NCBI RefSeq assembly: GCF_036321535.1
Contig: NC_087436.1
Span: forward strand, 58,592,001-58,656,000
Origin: Camelus dromedarius
Lineage: Eukaryota
Direction: 5' to 3'
DNA: 64,000 bases
Shown one piece after another: positions 37,936 through 51,560 of this stretch. The notes beneath the pieces are model-generated. The model saw nothing but the letters and a program-made list of their open reading frames with translations, was not told the origin of the DNA and ran no database searches. The translations under genes were made by a program, and so were the position numbers. Numbering within the stretch: the first letter of the stretch is position 1; every line of letters begins with the position of its first letter.

Positions 37936-40084
37936 AAATATTTTCCTCTTAGATTACACTCAATATCCCTAATTATATACTTAACAGCAAAGTGATATAG
38001 ATATTAAAATACTATTTCTTTTTTAAAAAGGTATATCCCTAATTAAAATCTTTAATATACATTATAAATTTCCCAGAATAAGGTCCTGAAATTTATTCTT
38101 TCTCTATTTATGTATTACTTTCATTTCTTACAAAAATATTTTAATCTCACTTTAGAATATAATTTAAACAAAAATTTGAAATATGTAAAAATATCAATCT
38201 TCTTTTTATTGACATTTATATCATATTATATTTTAGGTCAATTTCCCTGTGTATATGTGTATATATATATCTACATACATGTCACAGGTTAATAATGGAT
38301 TGATATCTACGAGAGGATTGGTATTATTACCTTGGCAACTGGTCATGTACGTACTCTTTAACCTGGCAAGTTTACTTTTTGTGGTATCATGAAGTTAGAC
38401 TCCCTCTTTTTTTAGTGTCTTCTGCTTGGAAAATTTAACAACTACCTTATCCGTTATAAATGAATAATTGTATTATTTTCCATGGTCTAGATTATCAAAT
38501 AACTGTTTTACATGATTTTTTTTCCTGAAGTCTACTTTAGATTAAAGCCTGACTTGTACTCTGAAAAGCCAAGGGTAATCACATCCCTATCTCAGGAACC
38601 TTACTATATAATACAGTTAGCTATTTGTGGTTATTAATAAAACCTATTCATTTTTTCATTACAATTAATTTTGAACCTTAAAAAAAAAGCACTTTCTATT
38701 GGTAGTTTCCCAAATGTTCAATTGACACATATATTTTCTGAGCATTCTCCTAGGTCTACCAATTTAAGGCCAACAAAGACTCTAATTAACATTGTAATTA
38801 GTATCTTTGATCTCTTTCTTTATAACCTATGTTACTGAATTTCTTTCTACTCTAATTACAGTTTGTTTACTTAATTTCTATTGGGTAACATTTAGCTGTG
38901 AACTCTCCCTTACTTAGTGCCTTGGAACATTATGTGTTTGGATAAAATGTCTTGTAAACCATGTCTTAATCTCTGAAATTTTCTTAAAATATGCTTCTCT
39001 AATTAGTATAGATCCTCTACAATGTACATGAATAAACTGCCATAATCATTCTTTGTATTCCTACAACCTTCTCCCTTTTATTTATACCTAGTTCAGTAAG
39101 TGTAAACACTAATTTGGTTATGAGAAAGTGGGAACTAACTATTGATTCTTTCTGAAAGATAATTTGAGTAAGTTCAAAATTATGCCTCAGGTACCCTGAG
39201 TTCTAATCTGTTCCTTAATACTGAATGCTTCTGTTATTATATAATTTTCTTCCTTTGAAATGAAAACTAACTTGCAACTCTGGTAAGGAAATAATTTGAA
39301 AATTATTAGACTCTAAAAATGATTTATATAAAAAACAAAATTCTATAACTTTGAGATTTCAATAACTAGAAGCACTTGCATAAAAGAACTAGTCTGTTGC
39401 TTTCACTTTTATTAAAGAGCTGTTAGTATTTTCTGATGATTAATTTATCCTATAAATGGCAATTAATTTTTTTTATTTGGACTAACATATGAAATGAGTT
39501 TCTCATAAATCATTGCAAATGATAGAAAAACATTATAAGCTTCAGCCTCTTATTTATAACCAGTCTCCCAAATTTGCTGTTCTATAGGTTATTACCCTAA
39601 AGTTTCATCTAATGTGATTTCCAAGCATCTCATATAATATAAATGTTTCCAAATCTCAATAGTATTATAAATCACAATATTTTGAATTGCTGGCAAATAC
39701 AGAATATAATCCTCTATCTAAAATAGAGGTTTGTATTAATTTGAAATTAATGGCTCTGTCAGTGTACTCTTAAGTATAGATGGCTCTTTAAATCGAATTT
39801 AACCAATACATTTCTGCACTTTATTAAACAACCAAAGAAGAAGGGCTCATCTTAAACACATAGACTAGTCATAGGCTAACTTTATGAAGTGGATGCTTAC
39901 TGTTTATTTTATTTAATGCACACAAAACCACCAATGTCATACCACAACATGGAAGCGTACTTGAACACACACACACACACACAACACACTGATTCATACC
40001 CTCACACACACAGTCTATTATCAGGGAATAAACATCTTTAGATACTGACCCATCTGATGCTTGAATATTATGTCTGGTCACATA

Positions 40085-40564
40085 CAGTAATCCCTCTCTT
40101 ATTCATGGGGCATATGTTCCAAGACCACCAGTGGGTACCTGAAACCAAGGATAGTACCAAACCCTATACAGACTTTTTTTTTCCTATAAATACATATCTA
40201 TGATAAAGTTTAATTTATAAATTAGGCACAGTAAGAAAATATCCAAAATGCCAGCATCACTACTCTTATTCTTTGGGACCATTATTAGGTAAAATAAGGG
40301 TTACCTGAACACAAGCACTGTGATACTTCAATGTGATAAACAAGATAGCTACTAAGTGATTAATGGCAGGATACGCTGCCATGATTCATGTTCCAGGAGG
40401 GATGGAGCAGGAGTATGTGAGATTTCATCAGTCAGAAAGGTATTCAATATAAAACTTAATAATTGTTTATTTCTGGAATTTTCCATTTAATATTTTTGGA
40501 CCATGGTTGACAGCAGGTAACTTAAACCACAAAAAGCAAAACTGCAGATAAGGGAGGATTCCTG
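40085..40564 (+). mobile_element. MER44-type (Tigger7-derived) DNA transposon
   Basis: TA|cagtaatccctctcttatt...gataagggaggattcctg|TA terminal inverted repeats; strong similarity to 34975-35636. Confidence 0.9.
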
Positions 40565-40589
40565 TACTTATTTAAAATGAACTCATTCC

Positions 40590-41035
40590 TTGGCCACAAT
40601 TCTTTGGTTCAGGGCTGAAAAAACAGATACAGATTGGCAAATCAGTCCTTCCTCAGAAACCTAAAATTGGATCTGAGAGATTCTAATCTCAACTTCCCAG
40701 CTCTCTGGAATGGAGTAGATGGAAGTAAAGTTAAAGCTGTTGGCAGTGGCCATCTTTGCCCTTTATAAGCTGGAAAGCAGAAAAGTTTGTCAGGAATAAG
40801 AGAAAAGAGTGAAGGAGCCAGCCAAGGGGAAATAAAGGAAGGGATCTAGCAAGCAGATTTCCTGGGTTCTGCCTGGGGCTGTTCAGGTTTTTCCAGGGTT
40901 CAGCAGTGCTTTGATCCTTTGGTTCTAGAAAGTGTACTGTATCATTATAATATATTTATGGTTACCTTTCTATAGATAGATAGATATAGAGACACACACA
41001 CATCACTTGCAACTAAAATATTTTGAAATAAAACA
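40590..41035 (+). mobile_element. MaLR (MLT1-type) LTR, degenerate
   Basis: ggcagtggccatctttgcc...; 3' end cacttgcaactaaaatattttgaaataaaaca. Confidence 0.5.
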
Positions 41036-41849
41036 CATTAAATCATTGTAAGAAAAGAAAACATTTACACAAAAGAAGATAATTCCTTTAACTTGGCAAG
41101 AATTTTTTTTTAACAGTATAGGAAATTTCTTAAATTCTATATGTGATTATTCCCATGGAATGAGAAGAGTACAAATGATTAGCTGAAAATCAATCAAAAT
41201 ACTATTGATTTTCTCCCTGATATTTTATTTAAAATTCAGAAAATAAATATGAGTTCAAATTGTGCCAAGAGCCATATATAACTTCATAAGGTTTGTTAGT
41301 CATAAGAGAAGATAATTTTGTTTTCTCAGACTTGTCTCTCTACACAAGATAAAGGGGATAAACCAATGGAAATTAGACTTCTATGTCTTTGACTTAATCT
41401 TAGAAGGATTAAAATTAATAAGGTAAAGACTCCTAATAATGATATTACAACTTAAGGAGGAAAAACCAGTGAGGAGCCCTGTTGGCTCTCATAGGTAAGA
41501 GATGATAAATTAGCACTAAAAATGAAGTAGTTCCCCATTCAGTAGTGGCTACTGAAATGAAGATGTTGTTTCTTCACGTGATACTTTTACCCAAATTCTG
41601 ACTTCTCTAATAAGAGAAGCCAACTATGTGGTAAATTACTAATGTTACATTTTATAATTTGGTACCATTTTCATTTGTATATTAAAAAGATTGGTGATTA
41701 AATATGCTTAAAACATGTGGCTATTTTTAATGGATAAAAATAGCAGTATGAATATACTTCATTCTAAGAACTTCTTCCTTCAACTTACAAAAAAAAGACA
41801 TCAATATAATATTACTTAAGATAAAAAATATTTGTAAAAAGATAAGTAT

Positions 41850-42625
41850 TGGGAACTTCTTTCATTTTTTGTTGTTGGGAGTGTAAAATAGTGTAGCCAC
41901 TACAGAAGAAAGTATAGAGGATCCTCAAAAATTTTTTAAAAGACTTACCATATGATCCAGCAATCCCACTTTGGGTCATATATCAAAAAGAAATGAAACA
42001 GTATCTTAAAGAGTTATCAACAATCCCATGTTAATTGTAGCATTATTCACAATAGTCAAGAATGTGGTAACAATCTAAGTGTCCACTGACAGATGAATGG
42101 ATAAATAATTATGCAACTGATATACCATACTCACACATGCAGTGGAATATTATTCAGCCTTTAAAAAAGAAAAAACCCTGCCATTTGTAATTTTCATGAA
42201 CAGGACTTTATGCTGAGTAAAATATGCCAGACACAAAAAGACAAGTACTGCATGACACATTTGTATGCAGAATTTGAAAGTCAAACTCATAGAAGCAGAG
42301 AATTGAATGGTGGTTGCCAGGGATTAAAGGATCGGGGGAAGTGGGGAGATGTTGGTCAAATGGTACAAACTTTCACTTATGCAAGATAAATAAGTTCTGA
42401 AGATCTAATGTTCAGCAGTGTGACTATAGTTAACAACACTGCATTGTATACTTGAAATCTGCTTAGAGTTCTCACCATATAACACAAAAACTGTTAACTA
42501 TGTGAGATGATAGATATGTAATTACTTTGATTGTGGTGATTATTTCAGTGTATACACATACTGAAATATCAGATTGTACTCAAACATAACAATTTTTACC
42601 TGTCTATATATTAATAAAACTGGAA
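41850..42625 (+). mobile_element. L1MA-like ORF2 end and 3' UTR
   Basis: gacttaccatatgatccagcaatcccactttggg...cagatgaatggataaa...gtcaaactcatagaagcagag...ttaataaaactgg. Confidence 0.9.
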
Positions 42626-42924
42626 AGGAAGAAAATGCCATTATTACACACATTAGGGCAAGATATTTCCCCAATTTAAACTAAAAAATTTTAAGTGAAA
42701 AGAGAAAAATACGTTGAAATATTTATTTAAATATCATGTGACTTCAGTCATGTTAATAGGGCAGACACTCATATTCCTTCTCATCAGCCATTCTCTCTTA
42801 TTCCTTGCTAAGAGTCCATATTTGTTGAAGAATTCAAAGCTATTTTTCTCAGGGAAGTTGAGTTCCTCACTAAGCTGAAGAAAAGAATAAAAATGGGTCC
42901 AAACCATCAATGAAATTTTCATTC

Positions 42925-45900
42925 ATTTTTTAAAGAGATTTTTTAGAGATTAAGGTTTATAACAAAACTACAAGGAAGGTACAGAGATTCCCCCTATTCT
43001 CCTGCCCCCAAACATGCAAAGCCTCCCCCATTACCACATCACACACTAAAATGTCACATGTTTTACTAAGGATGAACCTACATTGATACAACATATTACC
43101 CAAAGTTCAGAGGGTTCACTCTTGGTGTTTTACTTTCTGTGGGTTTGGGGGAAAAGAATTCCATCATTGTAATATTACATATTTCATAATATTTCTTGTT
43201 CCTGTCTTTCACAAAGCAGATTTTAATTATAATGAATCCTAGCTTAACAACTATTTCTTTCATGGACTGTGTCTTTGGTGTTGCATCTAAAAAGTTATCA
43301 CCATACCCAAAATTGTCTAGCTTTTTTTCTGTATGTATAAAGCTCTATATTTACTGAGAATTTTATAGTTCTGCATTTTACACTTTGATCTATAACCCAC
43401 TGTGAATTAAGTTTTTTGAAGAATATAAGGTCTGTGTCTAGATTCTTTTTTTTTTTTTTTTTTTTGGCGCATGAAAATCTAGTTGTTCCAGCACCATTTG
43501 CTGAAATGAGTACTATTGCTTCATTATGTTTCCTTTGCTCCTCTGTCAAAGATTAGTAGACTATATTTATGGGGGTCTATTTCTAGGCTCTCTATTCTGT
43601 TCTACTGATCTATGTGTCTATTACTTTGCCAATATCACTCTGTCTTGATCACAGTAGCTTTATAGAAAGACTTAAAGTCAAGTAGTGTCAATCCTCCAAT
43701 TTTGGTCTTCTCCCTGTGTTGGCTATTCTGGGCCTTAGGTCTCTCCATATAAATTTTAGAATCAGTTTATCAGTATCATAAAATAACCTGCTGAGATTTT
43801 GATTGGAATTGCATTGAATCTATATATCAAGTTGGAAAGAAATGACATCTTGACAATATTGATTTTTCATATCCATCAGCATGGAATAGCTCTCTCCATT
43901 CACTTAGTTATTTTTTATTTCTTTCAAGAGTTTTATAGTTTTCTTGTAGAACACAGATGGTCTACATATTTTGCTAGATTTATAGTAAGTATTTCATTTA
44001 GGGGGTGCTAATGTTAAAATGTTAATAATATTGTGCTATTAATTTCAGATTCTCCTTTTTCACTGCTGGTATATCGGAAAGTGATTGACTTTTATAAGTT
44101 AACCTTATACCTGCAACCTTGCTATAATCAGTTTTTTAGTTTTGGGATTTTTTTGTCAATTATCTTGGATTTTCTACATGGATCTAGATGACCATGTCTT
44201 CTGTGAACAAAAATAATTTTATTTCTTCCTCCACAAACTATGACTTTTATTTTCTTTTCTTGCCTTACTGCATTAGCGAGAGCTTCATGTAAGATGTTGA
44301 AAAGTAGTTATGGAAGGAGATCTCCTTACCTTCTACCTAATCTTAAAGTGGGAAAGCTTTAAGTTTCTCACCATTGCATATGAAATTAGCTATAGGTTTT
44401 TTGTAGATATTCTTTGAGACTGAGGACATTCCCTTGTGTTCCTAGTTTATTGAGATTTTTCATCATGCATATGTGTTGAACATTGTCAAATAGGTCTTCT
44501 GAGTCTATTAATATGTTCTTAAATTTTTTTTTTTGGCCTATATTTTGATGGATTACATTAATTGATTTTTGAATGTTGACTCAGACTTGGATAACTTGGA
44601 TAAAGCCCACTCAGTTGTGGTATATAATTCTTTTTATACATTGTAGGATTCAATTTGCTCAATTTTATTGAGGATTTTTGCATTCATTTTCACAAGAAAT
44701 ACTGGTCTGTAGTTTTCTCTGCCTGGTTTTAGTATTAGAGTGATGCTGGCATCATAGAATGAGTAAATATTCCCTCTGCTTCTATACTCTGAAAGGGATT
44801 GTACAGAATTGGTCTAATTCCTTCCTTAAATGTTTGGTAAAACTTGCCAATGAACCCACCTGGTTCCGGTGCTGTTTTGGAAGGTTATTTATTATTGATT
44901 CAATGTCTTTAATAGATATAGCCTTATTCAGATCACCTATTACTAGTGTGAGTTATGGAAAATTGTGTCCTTCAAGGAATTGGTTCATTTCATTTTGGTT
45001 ATCAAATTGTGAACATAGAGTTATACATAGTATTCCTTTTTCATTCTTTCAATGTCCATGGGATCCATAATGATGTCCCTTCTTTTACATGTGATATAAA
45101 TAATTTGTAGCTTCTCTTCTTTTTTCTTAGCCTGTCAAGAAACATATCAATTTTATTGATCTTTTCAAAAAGCTTACTTTTGTTATCATTGATTTTTCTC
45201 TATTAATTTCCTATTTTCAATTTCATTGATTTCTGCTCTAATTCTTGTGATTTATTTTCTATGCTTACTTTGGATTTAATTTGCTCTTCTTTTTCTAAAT
45301 TTCCTGAGGCAGAAACATAGATGATTGATTTTAAATCTTTTTCCTTTCCTAATATATGCATTTAATGCTATGGATTTCCCTCTTGTATTGCTTTAGCTAT
45401 ATCTCACAAATTTTGATAAGCTGTGTTTTCATTTTCATTTAGTTTAAAATATTTTTAAATTTCTTGAGATTTCTTCTTTGACTTACATGTTATTTAGAAG
45501 TGTGCTGCTGAGTCTCCATGTATTTGGAGGTTTTCCAGTTTTGATTGTGTCACTGGATTCTAATTTAATTCCACTGTGGTCTGAGAGCAGACATTATATA
45601 ATTTTTACTCTTGTAAATGTGTTAAGGGGTGTTTTGTGGCCCAGAATGCTGTCTATCTTGGTAAATATTCCATGTTAACCTGAGAAAAAATATTTATTTG
45701 GCTGTTTTTGGATGAATCAATCTATAGATGTGAATTATATCCAGTTGATTTATCATGTTGTTGAGTTCAACTATTTTCCTCACTGATTTTCCGCATGCTG
45801 GAGTTCTCCATTTCTGAGAATTCTCCAACTACAATAGTGGATTTATCTATTTCTCAATGCAATTCTATTAGGATTTGCCTCACACAGTTTGACACTCTGT

Positions 45901-46495
45901 TGTGAGATTTATACACATTGAGGATTGTTACATCTTCTTTGACATTTGACCCATCTATGATTATATTCCCTTTTTATCCCCGGTAATTCTCCTTGCACTG
46001 AAGTCAGTTCTATCTGAAATTAATATATCTACCCCTGCTTTCATTTGATTAGCCATAGCATGGTACATTTTTCTCCATTCATATACTCTTCCTCTATCTA
46101 TGCACCTTTATATTTAAAGTAGGTTGCTTTAGACAACATATATGGTTCTTGTTTTTTCATCCAATCTGACAATGTCTTTTAACTGGCTCATTTAGATAAT
46201 TGATGTTCAAAATATTATTGATATAGTTAGATTAATATCTACCATATCCATTACATTTTTCTATTTGTTGCTCTTGTTATTTATTCCTATTTTTGTCTTT
46301 CACTCTTTTCCTGTCATGGTTTTGAGTATTTTACACGATTCATTTTTCTCTCCTTTCTTAGCATAGCATTCTTTTTCTTTTTCACTTTTTTAGTGGCTGT
46401 CCTTAAGTGTGCAATATACATTTACATTTAATCCAAGTCCACTTTCAAATAACACTATACTACCTCACAGGTAGGGTGAATACCTTGTAACAACA
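42925..46495 (-). mobile_element. Old L1 (L1MC/L1MD-like), about 3.5 kb: 3' terminus 42925-43180 plus degenerate ORF2
   Basis: Continuous antisense ORF2-like sequence (gttgttccagcaccatttgctgaaa, gattggaattgcattgaatctata, ttaattccactgtggtctgagag) with a 3' end containing gaaggtacagagattcccctat. Confidence 0.88.
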
Positions 46496-46496
46496 A

Positions 46497-46928
46497 AATA
46501 AGCTACACAGGGAAAGCCAAATACTGCATGATCTTCCTTATATGTAAATCTTAAAGAAAAAAACAGAGTCAAACCCACAAAAACAGAGAGTAGAAGGGTA
46601 GTTACAAGGGGCTGGAGAATGGAGAAAACAGGGAGATGCTGGTCAATGGATAGAAGCCTTAAGTTAAAAAGATGAAAAAGCTCTGGGTATCTAATTTACA
46701 GCAAGATGACTATAATTAATACCACACTGTATGCTTATAATAATAGAAGAGTAGAACTTGAGTATTCTCACCATGAAAAAGAAAAGTTAACAATGTGAAG
46801 TGATGTAGGTGTTAATTAATCTGATTGTGATCATTATTTCACAATGCATATATATATCAAATCATCATATAGTACACTTTAAATACATGCCATTTTATAT
46901 GTCAATTAGTAACTAATAAGGTAGGGGA
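46497..46928 (+). mobile_element. L1MA-like 3' UTR fragment
   Basis: aagccaaatactgcatgatcttccttatatgt...aacagagagtagaagggtagttacaagggg...atatatcaaatcatcatatagtacactttaaata. Confidence 0.8.
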
Positions 46929-46939
46929 AATGAAGATTC

Positions 46940-47110
46940 TAGACTCCAGTCTTTGAGCTGTCCTAGGTGACACTGAGTCGAACAGAGACAAACTGTCCCT
47001 GACAACCCATGCCCAAATCACAGATTCATAAGCAAAATAAGTGTTGTTTTTGTTTTGAGTCACTAAGTTTGTAGAAGAAAGAAGTTTTACAGCAAGAGAT
47101 AACTTGAACA
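46940..47110 (+). mobile_element. MLT1 LTR 3' fragment
   Basis: ccatgcccaaatcacagattcataagcaaaataa...gagtcactaagtttg...agcaagagataacttgaaca. Confidence 0.75.
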
Positions 47111-47809
47111 GAAGCCAAAAATCTTAAAAATGTTAAGTAATCAAGGGAAAATAATCATTAAAGATAGGTTAAAGCAACAGGGAATAAAAGCATTTGAGAA
47201 TATGTAATTTCTTTCACAGTGGTCCACAATTAATTTCACACTCCAAATATTTTTCTTTAAATATGCTTGGCACAAAACACTTTATTTTCTCATACTGAGG
47301 CAGGGGTGTCAGTGTGCATAAAGAAATTCAGATGGCATTCCTATAAAAAATTTAGTGTCTCAAATAAATTAGCTAGCTGGCCTAGCTTCATTTTGAAGTT
47401 TTTCAAAAAATACCTTAGATTATCATGTGATTATAGGATAGGTGTTGTATAATACAGTTGATAGATAATATTTACAATGTGTGTTGTGTGTATATACAGT
47501 ATTTATACACATGCATACAATAACAATGATAATATTCAACTAGTCTACAAATGCAAACATGCCGAGGTAGATTAGTCTGAGCCTTTCTTTTCCAGTTGGC
47601 AAAATCAATTCCTGTACAGAAAACTTACATAAAACATCAAAGTTTTATAAAAAATATTTTAAATAAAAAGCACAGTAAATAAGCAGAGGAAAGATAAATT
47701 TGAGAATGCAATAAATAAAAATAAGCAATTATAATAAATTAAATTTATTCTTGCAATACTAGAAGGAAATATATAAAATAGGCTTTCTTTAGTTTATATT
47801 ACACCTTCT

Positions 47810-47925
47810 ACTCATTTAACAAATATATTTACTGAATGACTATAACATCATGCCATGTTTGTCCATTGCTTCAACCATGGGATACATAGTGAACACAAGG
47901 GACAAAGATCCTTGCCTTTCTATAC
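47810..47925 (-). mobile_element. L2 3' end fragment
   Basis: ctcatttaacaaatatatttactgaatgactat...gggatacatagtgaacacaagggacaaagatccttgcc. Confidence 0.6.
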
Positions 47926-48599
47926 ACAGTCAACTCATTTCCAGAACATAGCTTAGGAACAAGAGAATATAGCATTAGGATACTGAGAAGCAGTTGCCAA
48001 TTTTCAAGTATTTTAAAGCATCTTTCAATGAACAGATTGCCTGAAAATTTGTATGCTTTTCTTTTACAGTAACAATCAATACACGTCATCATGTTACTGA
48101 AAACTCCTTCCACCAAAATTGTTTGCAGAAGAAATCTATGAATGAACACTCACACTTGAATCTTAATTGATTTATCAGATTTTGTTCAATGAATTTCCTT
48201 TCAAGAAGATCCTTCTATAGATGTTTATTGATTATGAGTAAATTCACCAGAAAATTCTAGTGTGCTAATATAAGACTGTTGCTTCTAAACATTTTAACTC
48301 AAATGAGCCATTGATGAGATAACTGACATCACTAAATATATGGCTTTTTCAACCTTATGTCCCACTTCCTTCAATAAACCATTAAAGCTAAAGTGATCAC
48401 ACCCTCTCAATTCATAGCTTCATTTTTTAAACTTATATAGCACTTAAATCTATGCTCTCTGGGGAGTTTTATTTAATTTTTACATGTCCATATATTATTT
48501 AACCCTTGCATTTTATTTAACATTTTAAGTTCTTTTTATCCTAACTTTCAGTCTCTTGATGATAATTACTTTAACTCATTTTTTAAAAATATTTTTATT

Positions 48600-48730
48600 C
48601 TGTTGTTTTTCTCCCCAAAACTAGAATGTAGGCCCCTGAGGGACGTGACTTGGTCTAATTTGTTTGTTTTTTAATTCTAAGTGTCCGCACAGTGCTATAG
48701 ACACACAATAACATCTGTTAAATAAATGAA
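48600..48730 (+). mobile_element. L2 3' end fragment
   Basis: ctagaatgtaggcccctgagggac...acagtgctatagacacacaataacatctgttaaataaatgaa. Confidence 0.65.
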
Positions 48731-49974
48731 GTAGTCAATAAGTGTTTGTTATTACTCAATAAAAATAAAAATACTACCTGACAAGGTACAACCAATGATT
48801 TTGATATCCTTCAAACTGTCACATAAATTTTAAAAGAAATATCAAAATATTCCTTTATCCATAGGAGTCTAACAATGAACCTTGATTCTCAAGTGTTTAT
48901 CTGTTTGTAGCAGATGTGAGGATAATTTTGTATGGTTCCCATATTAGATTCTTATCTAGCACTCAGCATTAGCCAAATTACTTCTTAGAAATAGCTCCTT
49001 AAGGTTCACATTTCTCCACATGCAATCTCAGACACCATTTGCTAATATTGTGAAATAAAGAAATACTTTGAAATATTGTCAATTATGATTTTGCAGTGAA
49101 ATTTTTTCCTTTGTTCTCAAAGCAATTTTTTTTTACCAATGTGATGTATAAAAGTATTTTACCAAGAGAAGCTGTCAACAATGTGTGTCTAGGTAAACTT
49201 GGAAAGTCACCATGAAGTAGCACTTGCCCTGTCACTTGTGCAAATACAGCTGGGTAGGCACCCACTGTGTAACTTGACCTCTGGTGGCCTGAAAAGACTG
49301 TCCATTTCATAAATCCTTGGTATATAAAGGTGATCCCAGGCAAAAGGTAGGTAGATTTTTACAAGGCCAAGAATTCTCTTCAAAGGAAAGGATGGAGAAC
49401 CTACATCCTTCCCAAAGACCTTTAAAGTTAAGCATTTTCGTAATCTATGCAGTTGAGGTCCTAAGATATCCCTAAATAATGTGCTTCAGTTTAACAGCTG
49501 ACAAGAGATCAAAGGTCCCTAAAAGAAAGATCAGTCAGAGTGAGGTGATGGAGGGCCTTGGGAAAGCTGGGTTGCAGCACATGTTATGCATGGTTGTAGA
49601 AGCACTTCTAGACTTATTAGTAGCATTTTTCAGAGAAATAGCTGAGCATATGAATATAAAAATAAAATTGAAGCTTTAGAAAATAACTGTGAATTGCCAT
49701 CTCTTCCTGGACAGGAATCTAAACTAGCAAGGGAGACAGTAGACAGAACACACTGGACCATATGGGACTCATTTCCAACACTGACATAATGTGGCAGTGA
49801 CAGAAGCAATGAAAGCTAGAAACTGAAGTGTACTGGAGGACTGATGAGCCTTTCCAATCTGATTTGAAAAAGTAATTCCAAAAAATACAGAAGCCACATA
49901 TATTAAGCAAAGAAAAGAAAAAGGATATAAGCTTACACTGAAGCAATAGTCTATCAGAACTTTCATGGTACTCA

Positions 49975-50700
49975 TTTACTTATTCATTTAATATTTATCA
50001 CAAATATGTGCAGAGACTGGTTTTAAAAACTTCTGCTGCAAGCCCACACAGTCTAAAATACTTGACATATATTATTCTCTGCCTTGTGGCCTCAGCAAGA
50101 ACTCTGAAATAGACGAGTCCTGTTTTAACTTTCTGTACATTAGTCAGCACTGTGACAGTCATAGTGAACCAGACAAATAAGCCATAGGCACAAGCTTTGA
50201 GCAGTTGACAATATAATGGAAAAGAAAATGGTAAATAAGTAAATGCAAAGCAGTATCCTGTATAAAAATCACAATGCAATGTAGTAAACAGAGGATGCCA
50301 TGTGAGCATCTAGGAACAGATAACTATCTTTCTCTGCTGGAGGAGGACAGGGACACTTTACAGAGGAATTATTTCTTTGAGTTGAATCTTGAGATATTAA
50401 GTAGGTGTTCATCATGTAAAACTCCAGCTAAAGAAAACAACATGGTCAAAGGCACCCAGACAGGAACTAGTAAGGTAACAATTCTCAAGGGAGAGTCAAA
50501 GATCAGGGAGAACATCTGAGAATGCAGGAGATAAATGTGGGAATTAAGCAGGTACCAAATTAAGATGGACTTTTTGCACAGAATTTCAAAGAATATGGAC
50601 ACCATTGCTAAGCCTCTGAGCTATTCTAAATAAAGAATAACATTATTCATACTGCTTCAGGACGTTCATGTTGGAAAATGTAGTGAACAGATACAGGGGG
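49975..50700 (-). mobile_element. L2 fragments
   Basis: tttgagttgaatcttgagatattaagtagg...aacaacatggtcaaaggcacccagacaggaa are antisense L2 motifs. Confidence 0.5.
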
Positions 50701-51319
50701 AAATTAAAAATAAGATGACTTCATTTTATTGTTTCAAAAATTTGATTTATATGAATGGTGACTGTGTGTATGTATGAGAAAGCCTGGGAGAGGGGGGCGG
50801 AGTGTGGGAGAGAGAGAAAAGAGAAACGAGATGCAATTTCTAAACTAGATATATAATTTGTCTGAATTTTCACAATAGCCTTATTTTATAATTTTCCTAA
50901 ATTATGCTTTGTAAATTGTTCATTTAAAAAGTCCCTTCCAAGGGAATTTTTAGTCTACTTTGTGGGAATTCATAGAAAGAATTTTGTTTCCCAGATTCAA
51001 GAAAATGCCAGAGACTACCATTCATAAACTCAGTTTACTTGTGCTGAGTCCTTAGCTATGTGTTTTCAACATGAGTCTAACAAAAATGAGCTTTATGTCT
51101 TGAATTCTTCTCTGCACAATTTCAGTGTTTATACTTACTGGTTTGGCAAGAAACCAGATCATCAGTTCATGTAGAAAAACTTGGCAAAGGAGACCTCTGC
51201 TTCTACTGAGAACTCCTTCAAGTTTCATTTTGTTATTAAAATTATCTTGATGTATATTATACATTCAGTAGATTCCACAAGAGTGAAATAGGCAGAACAT
51301 TGGAAAGGTAGCATTATCG

Positions 51320-51560
51320 AGATTTAGTATCGTACAGGGGCTAAAGAAGCAACTCAAAAGTCACACTGCTTGAATTTAAATCCTGGCTCCATCTCCAAGT
51401 AGTTCTGTGACCTTCTGCTGGCTAATCACCTGCTTTTTGCCACATTCTCCTCATGTTTAAATTCCAGATTTTCACCTCTATTTCATAGAGCTATTATGAG
51501 GATCACAATAATGTAGGAAATATGATCAGCCCCATGCATGGCAAATATATAAATATATAT
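51320..51560 (+). mobile_element. MIR
   Basis: tgaatttaaatcctggctccatc...tgtgacctt...acctctatttcatagagctattatgaggatc. Confidence 0.7.
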
